This document shows positions 17,274-20,876 of a DNA stretch of 20,876 nt, in pieces. This DNA is from a virus (lineage: Duplodnaviria > Heunggongvirae > Uroviricota > Caudoviricetes): IMG/VR virus record IMGVR_UViG_2537562015_000013, one strand, 5' to 3'. Position 1 is the stretch's first letter, and every line of letters starts with the position of its first letter. The notes under the pieces were generated by a model that was not told the DNA's origin, made no database searches, and worked only from the letters and a program-made list of their open reading frames with translations. A program made the position numbers and the translations under genes.

Positions 17274-19619
17274 ATGGCAGTACAGATTTCAGGTGTGCTG
17301 AAAGATGGTGCGGGAAAACCAATACAGAACTGCACTATTCAACTGAAGGCAAAGCGTAACAGCACCACGGTACTGGTGAACACGGTGGCCTCTGAAAATC
17401 CGGATGAAGCCGGGCGTTACAGCATGGATGTTGAGCATGGCCAGTACAGCGTCACCCTGCTGGTTGAAGGTTTTCCGCCTTCACATGCCGGAACCATTAC
17501 CGTCTATGAAGGTTCCAGACCAGGTACGCTGAATGATTTTCTCGGTGCCATGACGGAAGATGATGTCATGCCGGAGGCATTGCGTCGTTTTGAGGCAATG
17601 GTGGAAGAAGCGGCACGCAACGCCGAAGCCGCCTCTCAGAGCGCAGCGGCGGCAAAGAAATCCGAAACTGCAGCGGCATCATCGAAGAACGCGGCGAAAA
17701 CCTCAGAAACGAATGCAGCTAACAGCGCACAGGCGGCAGCGTCCTCGCAGACTGCATCGGCAAACTCCGCGACAGCAGCCAAAAAATCAGAAACCAACGC
17801 GAAAAACAGCGAGACAGCCGCAAAGACGAGCGAAACCAACGCAAAGTCCAGCCAGACGGCAGCGAAAACCAGCGAAACGAATGCCAAAGCCAGTGAAACT
17901 GCGGCGAAAAATAGCCAGAATGCAGCAGCCGAAAGCGAGAGCGCGGCAGCCGGTTCTGCGACTGCAGCAGCTGGATCAGCAACTGCTGCGGCTAACAGCC
18001 AGAAAGCAGCGAAGACGAGCGAAACTAACGCAAAGTCCAGCCAGACGGCAGCGAAGACCAGCGAAACAAATGCCAAAGCCAGCGAAACTGCGGCGAAAAG
18101 CAGTCAGGATGCAGCAGCCGAAAGCGAGAGCGCGGCAGCTGGTTCTGCAAGTGCGGCGGCTGCTTCTGCCACTGCATCAGCAAACAGTCAAAAAGCGGCA
18201 AAAACCAGTGAAACCAATGCAAAGACAAGCGAGACTGCAGCGGCGAACTCGGCGCAAGCATCGGCAGCAAGCCAGACAGCAGCTAAAGCAAGTGAGGATG
18301 CAGCCAGAGAGTATGCAAGCCAGGCAGCAGAGCCGTATAAATATGTCTTACAGCCACTGCCTGATGTGTGGATACCGTTTAACGATTCACTGGATATGCT
18401 TGCTGGCTTTTCGCCTGGTTATAAGCAAATAACCGTAGGTGATGATGTTATTAAAATGCCATCCGATAAGGTTGTTAGCTTCAAACGCGCATCAGGTGCA
18501 ACATACATTAATAAATCAGGTGTATTAACCGTTGCTGAAGTTGACGAACCGCGATTTGAACGAGAAGGTTTGCTGATTGAAGGACAGAGAACAAACTATT
18601 TCAGAAATTCAAATACACCAGAAGCATGGAATAACACGGGTAGTGTGTCTGTTGAGTCGTTCGACAGTGATAAGGGGTTTAACTATGGAAGGATAACTGT
18701 TATTAATGAAAATCCGACAGCACAAGGATATCAGGCAATTGCTGTAAACACGAATGATGCTTACACCTGCCCGGCAGGTTCTTATACGACGATATCGTGT
18801 CTGACGAAAAGTGATAATTCCCGGTGTCGTGCAAGGTTCGGAAAAATGTCTGATAATGGTGCGTTTGTTTTTCATTCAGATGCAGTTCTGGATCCTGTTA
18901 CGGGAAATGTTGTTCATGGAAATAATGTGACGGTGACGGCAGAAAGAGTCGGTGAATGGTGGTTGTTTACCGCCACTCTTTTTGCAGATGCGGAAATGAT
19001 AATCAGCTCAAGATTTGAAATCCTGGCGATGCCTGGAATCAGTATTATCCCCAATGGCTCTACGTTAGATATTGCGATGCCTCAGGCGGAGATTGGGTCG
19101 TACAGGACGTCATTTATCATTACTGAAGGGGCTCCTGGCACTCGCTCCAGCGACATGGTGACAATACCTGTAAGAAACAATATTCACCGATTACCATTCA
19201 GTGCTCTTGTTGAAGTTAATAAAAACTGGGATATCCCTCCCAGCAAATCACCATTAATCTTTAATGTTAAAGATTATCAGGAAAATGGTCTGTTCACGCA
19301 TGGATTCCGTGGTAATAATTTCTCTGATGCCGGTTCTCCTTTTATTTCTATGGGAGGGTGTAATAAATATGTGGCAACAACCCAGAGGAAAATCATTTCA
19401 GGCTTCCGTTGTGGCGCTGATGGAGATGTTCAGGCCGTATGTAATGGTGAATTATCTGTTGCGGCAAAAACAACATGGACTTCAATTGTTCCACGGGCAG
19501 TATTGCGAATTGGAGGGCAGGGCACTAATGGGGAGTATCATCTTTTTGGTCATATCCGTAATCTGCGTATCTGGCATAAAGAATTAACTGATGCGCAAAT
19601 GGGGGAGAGTATTAAATGA
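17274..19619 (+). CDS. stf: Side tail fiber protein (Stf-like) with a repetitive Ala/Ser/Thr-rich shaft and a LamG-like C-terminal domain
   Basis: N-terminus MAVQISGVLKDGAGKPIQNCTIQLKAKRNSTT... closely matches lambda Stf as I recall it; the central region is built from AAKTSETNAK-type repeats; the C-terminus ends GEYHLFGHIRNLRIWHKELTDAQM, a pattern typical of LamG/ConA-like jelly-roll domains. Start placed at ATG 17274 (GGAG upstream). Confidence 0.88.
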   Translation: MAVQISGVLKDGAGKPIQNCTIQLKAKRNSTTVLVNTVASENPDEAGRYSMDVEHGQYSVTLLVEGFPPSHAGTITVYEGSRPGTLNDFLGAMTEDDVMPEALRRFEAMVEEAARNAEAASQSAAAAKKSETAAASSKNAAKTSETNAANSAQAAASSQTASANSATAAKKSETNAKNSETAAKTSETNAKSSQTAAKTSETNAKASETAAKNSQNAAAESESAAAGSATAAAGSATAAANSQKAAKTSETNAKSSQTAAKTSETNAKASETAAKSSQDAAAESESAAAGSASAAAASATASANSQKAAKTSETNAKTSETAAANSAQASAASQTAAKASEDAAREYASQAAEPYKYVLQPLPDVWIPFNDSLDMLAGFSPGYKQITVGDDVIKMPSDKVVSFKRASGATYINKSGVLTVAEVDEPRFEREGLLIEGQRTNYFRNSNTPEAWNNTGSVSVESFDSDKGFNYGRITVINENPTAQGYQAIAVNTNDAYTCPAGSYTTISCLTKSDNSRCRARFGKMSDNGAFVFHSDAVLDPVTGNVVHGNNVTVTAERVGEWWLFTATLFADAEMIISSRFEILAMPGISIIPNGSTLDIAMPQAEIGSYRTSFIITEGAPGTRSSDMVTIPVRNNIHRLPFSALVEVNKNWDIPPSKSPLIFNVKDYQENGLFTHGFRGNNFSDAGSPFISMGGCNKYVATTQRKIISGFRCGADGDVQAVCNGELSVAAKTTWTSIVPRAVLRIGGQGTNGEYHLFGHIRNLRIWHKELTDAQMGESIK
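17823..18200 (+). repeat. Two tandem copies of a 189-bp (63-aa) unit inside stf, within a larger degenerate repeat tract (about 17630-18300)
   Basis: 17823-18011 and 18012-18200 align with only scattered substitutions (KTSETNAKSSQTAAKTSETNAKASETAAK.SQ.AAAESESAAAGSA...). The overlapping track ORFs in other frames and strands here are repeat artefacts. Confidence 0.85.
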
Positions 19620-19897
19620 AAGATTTAACACTCAAATTTGCAGACAGGGCCGACTTTTCGGCCTTTATGGAGAGTATTGGCTATTATGATGACGAGTCGA
19701 TGCAGGATGATATTCTTATTGACGTGATAGGTAACGTGTACAAAGAAACCGGAGAACTGACTGAAGATGGCGAACCGGTATGTGTTAAGGAAGACGGATA
19801 TTTTGTAAACGTGCGCATCATTAATGATGTAAAAAAATCGTCAATATTCGATAAATACGCGGTTGTTGTTGAGCATCAACTTCGTGGCTGGATGTGA
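19616..19897 (+). CDS. Hypothetical acidic protein translationally coupled to stf (possible fiber chaperone or assembly factor)
   Basis: 93-aa ORF; its ATG overlaps the stf stop (ATGA); SD GGGGGAGAG; no motif I recognise; occupies the position of tfa but does not resemble Tfa. Confidence 0.5.
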   Translation: MKDLTLKFADRADFSAFMESIGYYDDESMQDDILIDVIGNVYKETGELTEDGEPVCVKEDGYFVNVRIINDVKKSSIFDKYAVVVEHQLRGWM

Positions 19898-19906
19898 GGG
19901 AGACAA

Positions 19907-20611
19907 ATGGCTACATCGACAGTAATTCCAGGAGATATCACCACGCTAAAGGGAGATGTCAGTAAAACTAAGGAAGATATTTCCTCAATTAACGGAAAAG
20001 TATCAACGCTTCAGACTGATATGACCAGTGCAAAGCAGGATATCAGCACCAGATACACAAAAACTGAAGTTGATAATAAGCTGAAAAACAAACTGGAAGT
20101 GAACGATCTGGAAAGCGGTCGTTATGGTGGAGATTTTTACCCGTTGACTGGCCGTGAAGCGTTTTATATGTGGGGATTGGGCACGACTACAGCGGCGGCA
20201 AACCTTTATCTTAATCCTGACCCTGCAATTTCGTCTGTACTGCGGTCAACATCGTCTATTCGCTATAAACATTCAGTAGAGACGATAGATTCAGAGCACG
20301 CCGATCTCATTTTCAGGATGCGCCCTGTGTGGTACAGGTCGCAATGCGAAAATGACAGGCGTGACTGGGGATTCTACGGATTGATTGCCGAGGAAGTAGG
20401 AGAAATTGCCCCTCAGTTTGTACACTGGCGACCAGCTAACGAAGATGATGCTCCTGAAGCTATTTCCAGCAATGGCCTTGTTGCCGAAGGTGTAATGTAC
20501 GAACGTCTGGTTGTTCCACTGATTCACCATATCCAGAAGCTGACTGAAAGAGTTGATGAACTTGAGTCAGAATTAAAGTTGTTATCCGTTTCCCGAAGCG
20601 ATATCGGATAA
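19907..20611 (+). CDS. Short tail-fiber-like protein with a C-terminal intramolecular-chaperone (peptidase S74-like) domain
   Basis: 234 aa; N-terminal heptad-like segment (TLKGDVSKTKEDISSINGKVSTLQTDMTSAKQDIS); C-terminal SSIRYKHS...PVWY...GLIAEEVGEIAPQFV...YERLVVPLIHHIQKLTERVDELESEL matches the Ser-x4-Lys and GxIAxEV pattern of auto-cleaving fiber chaperone domains; SD GAGGGA. Confidence 0.6.
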   Translation: MATSTVIPGDITTLKGDVSKTKEDISSINGKVSTLQTDMTSAKQDISTRYTKTEVDNKLKNKLEVNDLESGRYGGDFYPLTGREAFYMWGLGTTTAAANLYLNPDPAISSVLRSTSSIRYKHSVETIDSEHADLIFRMRPVWYRSQCENDRRDWGFYGLIAEEVGEIAPQFVHWRPANEDDAPEAISSNGLVAEGVMYERLVVPLIHHIQKLTERVDELESELKLLSVSRSDIG

Positions 20612-20621
20612 AGGAGGAGTA

Positions 20622-20876
20622 ATGGATATAACACCTTTCCTTCATGCGCTTTGTGCTGTGGCTGCGCAGCTACTGATTGGTCTTTTTACCGGGAACTGGG
20701 CTTACGGGGCGATAGCCGGTTGTACGTTCTTCATTGCGCGTGAACACACCCAGGCAGAATATCGCTGGATTGAAATGTTCGGGCATGGCAAGCGAATGAA
20801 TATGCCGTGGTGGGGCGGTTTTGATCCGCGCGCGTGGGATGTGGCAAGCCTGATGGATTTTGCTGTGCCGGTGGTG
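20622..20876 (+). CDS. Hypothetical membrane protein, 5' part only (runs off the window)
   Basis: Strong SD AAGGAGG before ATG 20622; hydrophobic N-terminus (FLHALCAVAAQLLIGLFTGNWAYGAIAGCTFFIA) followed by REH..EY and a W/G-rich segment; no track entry because no stop lies within the window. Confidence 0.5.
   Translation, partial: MDITPFLHALCAVAAQLLIGLFTGNWAYGAIAGCTFFIAREHTQAEYRWIEMFGHGKRMNMPWWGGFDPRAWDVASLMDFAVPVV

Noticed and set aside
17560-18432. Several long ORFs in other frames and on the minus strand across the stf repeat region (17560-18432 +, 17636-18076 -, 17719-17982 -, 18025-18270 -)
   Set aside because: They lie wholly inside the repetitive, compositionally biased stf shaft region and give low-complexity Arg/Gln- or Ala/Phe-rich products; they are frame artefacts of the repeats.
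1-20876. CRISPR array or other large-scale direct-repeat array
   Set aside because: No regularly spaced repeat-spacer structure is visible; the only tandem repeats are the promoter hexamers and the coding repeats within stf.

Overview
This window reads as the int-proximal part of a lambda-like (lambdoid) prophage inserted in the 5' end of prfC, and the prophage looks defective. Left to right: a displaced prfC start (91-165); a P4/CP4-57-type tyrosine integrase; a visibly AT-rich cargo gene (1872-3572) that I tentatively assign to the AIPR-like abortive-infection family; a leftward early operon (AlpA-like regulator, two DUF551-like proteins, an HD phosphohydrolase, a YfdQ-like protein); an IS1 copy with no target-site duplication sitting where the immunity, replication and Q genes should be; a DPPY-type DNA methyltransferase; a lysis cassette (holin, lambda-type R, Rz with embedded Rz1); a cos-like region; terminase small and large subunits, gpW and portal; a chimeric ORF fusing a prohead-protease N-terminus to the C-terminus of a J-like tail tip protein; a repeat-rich Stf-like side tail fiber; and three small downstream ORFs. 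The best candidate for a poorly described system is the AT-rich cargo gene between int and the AlpA-like gene. All homology statements come from reading the translations and recalling motifs; no database search was run.
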